Positions 61,096-64,000 of a DNA stretch of 64,000 nucleotides are shown in pieces (within the stretch, counting starts at the first letter, position 1; each line of letters opens with the position of its first letter). The position numbers and the translations under genes are program-made. The stretch comes from Octopus vulgaris. Lineage: Eukaryota. Below the pieces are notes generated by a model. The model was not told the DNA's origin, searched no databases, and saw only the letters and a program-made list of their open reading frames with translations. The DNA is taken from assembly GCA_951406725.2 (NCBI GenBank), contig OX597821.1, positions 110,732,001-110,796,000 of the forward strand, given 5' to 3'.

Positions 61096-61332
61096 TCTAT
61101 GCTCTGTCATAACATGCCTATGAAAAGATTTTCTCTCAGACAAAAATCTCAGAATCTTGCCTTCGAACGGAGTATCTACATTTAATATCACTCGCAAATG
61201 TCGATTTTAATTTAATACTATTTCAATTGCGTTCACTCACCTCGCTTTAATATACGCAGTGATTTTAACACAAGTATATATAGTAAGAGACACACACACA
61301 CACGCACAAATATATATATATATATATATAAT

Positions 61333-61503
61333 AGGCGCAGGAGTGGCTGTATGGTAAGTAGCTTGCTTACCAACCACATGGTTCCGGGTTCAGTTTACTA
61401 TAACCTCGGGCCGACCAAAGCCTTGTGAGTGGATTTGGTAAACGGAAACTGAAAGAAGCCAGTCCTATCTATGTCTATATATATATATGTGTGTGTGTGT
61501 GTA

Positions 61504-61545
<42 letters not shown>

Positions 61546-61718
61546 TGTGTGTCTGTGTTTGTCCCCAACATCGCTTGACAACCGATGCTCGTGTGCTTAC
61601 GTCTCCGTAACTTAGCGGTTCGGCGAAAAAACCGATAGAATAAGTCCTGGAGTCGATTTCTTCGACTAAAGGCGGTGCTGCAGCATGGTCGCAGTCAAAT
61701 GACTGAAACAAGTAAAAG

Positions 61719-61720
<2 letters not shown>
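61333..61720 (+). mobile_element. Family-2 SINE, near full length
   Basis: Head, body, internal AT/GT microsatellite and tail. Confidence 0.9.
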
Positions 61721-61750
<30 letters not shown>

Positions 61751-61857
61751 ATATAGTTAATTCAAACATGAAAACACAAAGAGAAAACACAAGAACGCGA
61801 GGTCGTGGAACAAGTATAGTGTTATTGGACGCTCAGGAAAGGAAAGAAAGAAGGGGG

Positions 61858-61892
61858 ATTTAACGTTTCAAGCGGAGCTCTTCGTCAGAAAG
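61858..61892 (-). ncRNA. Minimal type I hammerhead motif
   Basis: Minus: ttt-CTGACGA-a-gagc-tcc-gctt-GAAAC-GTT-aaa. Confidence 0.7.
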
Positions 61893-61958
61893 ATAGGAAA
61901 AGGAAAGATCCAAGGAAGGGAAGACGGAGGAAAAAAATCGCCAACGCGGTCACATTTT

Positions 61959-62156
<198 letters not shown>

Positions 62157-62534
62157 TGGGGGGAAATAAAGATATTGAAAAATTATGAAATGGAAACAAT
62201 GCACACAAATTAATATTACCGATATATCAAATGTAAATAGCAAATATCTTTATACCAAGCAACTAGAATTTCATCGATTGAAGAATATAGCAATTTTTTT
62301 AGCGGTCAACTTTGGAGATAAACACTGCTGGTATGTAATTATCTATAGAAATATATTTTTACTGTATCCTCTATTCTCAATTTTCTATTCGTCAACCGAA
62401 CATACATACATACATATTCACACATATTTATAAATAGCGTACAAGCACGCGAATATATATCTGTATGTGTGTGTGTGTGTGTGTTTGTGTGTTTGTGTGT
62501 GTGTATAGTTACATGTGCGTGTGTGTGTATAGTT

Positions 62535-62571
<37 letters not shown>

Positions 62572-62788
62572 CGCGTCTGTGTATTTCTGTATGTTTGTAC
62601 ATATAGAGCGGTGTACTGAATACCGCGAGCTATAAATTCATAATTTATCAAACTTAGAGTCGGAGACACAATACAAAGTACTTACTGACACATACATACA
62701 TACATATATATATTTACTTATGCGTATACTTATGCGTGTGCGAGCATGTATGTATTTATGTGTACGTGTATGTATGTATGTATGTATG

Positions 62789-62855
<67 letters not shown>

Positions 62856-63229
62856 GTATGTGTGTGTATGTATGTATGTATGTATATTATATTTTGCTTT
62901 CTATCTCCAACTCAAGAGAGTAAATTTAATAAATTAAGAATTTATGGTGTGCAGAAAACAGTTCCTCGCTCTTTAACTTAATTATCGAAATTCATGTCAC
63001 TAACGCCTTTGAATTATCTCCCTTGGCTCTTTTCACTTTTTTTTTTTCTCATTATGGAAATTATACTTGGCCAAAAATATTCGTAACTGTTTTTATATCT
63101 GAGATAATCTATTCCCTGACTGACAAGTTCGGTTGTACTCTTCTCTGCTGACGAAATAACTTGACCGATGCGTATGTTTATAAACCTTTCTATGTCTATT
63201 TAGAATTATATTATATTCTGTTTAAAACA

Positions 63230-63230
63230 T

Positions 63231-63319
<89 letters not shown>

Positions 63320-63324
63320 CAGAC

Positions 63325-63395
<71 letters not shown>

Positions 63396-63398
63396 TAA

Positions 63399-63448
<50 letters not shown>

Positions 63449-63453
63449 TGATT

Positions 63454-63500
<47 letters not shown>

Positions 63501-63505
63501 TGATT

Positions 63506-63559
<54 letters not shown>

Positions 63560-63584
63560 AAGATAGACAGATAAACAGACAGAC

Positions 63585-63667
<83 letters not shown>

Positions 63668-63680
63668 CAGGTAGGTAGGT
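63230..63680. repeat. (GATA/GACA)n microsatellite
   Basis: Direct inspection. Confidence 0.95.
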
Positions 63681-64000
63681 AGAGAGGGAGAAGAGAGAGG
63701 TAGCCAAATATTTGTAACAAAGATATAGAAGTCTCCATTGAAATAGAACACCATAATCCCAAAGAGGGCTCTATACGAGTAAATATAACTGTAAACCAAA
63801 TGTGTGTGTCTGTGTTTCATGAAAGAAAGATGAATCCGACAAAACACACCTTGTCTCACACAGAGATTCCGGGTGAAATGTATCTTGTCAGACACTTTGT
63901 TTTTGATGAAATATTGACACTTTTGAGATCTTTATATTCATTGGCCAGATCATACACCTAGAAATTGGGAACCCCATGGCTAAACGGGGATTATACACCT

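Overview
This is an AT-rich, repeat-saturated eukaryotic window with no convincing host protein-coding gene. The microsatellite load (AT, AAT, ATAG, ATAC, GAA, CA) and the SINE and LINE repertoire look like a coleoid cephalopod (Octopus-type) intron or intergenic region; that assignment is my inference. Almost all listed ORFs are microsatellite artefacts. Real coding remnants are all transposon-derived: several R4/Dong-clade LINEs (RT + CCHC + restriction-like endonuclease) sitting in (AAT)n tracts, one nearly intact at 52.1-55.1 kb; a full-length defective mariner; CR1 and RTE 3' fragments; and a 2.2-kb ORF1-only (HAL1-like) element with a 17-bp TSD. Non-coding mobile DNA includes three tRNA-SINE families, a Merlin-like MITE carrying TTAGGG, a Helentron-type HINE, mariner MITEs and a mini-LTR element. 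The most striking hidden signal is about 15 minimal type I hammerhead ribozyme (HHR) motifs from about 7 unrelated short repeat families, Penelope/retrozyme-like, with palindromic stem III and non-canonical cores. One family is a composite tRNA-head + (AAT)n + HHR SINE whose internal microsatellite has captured two Dong LINEs. All folds and alignments were done by eye, and boundaries of degenerate repeats are approximate.
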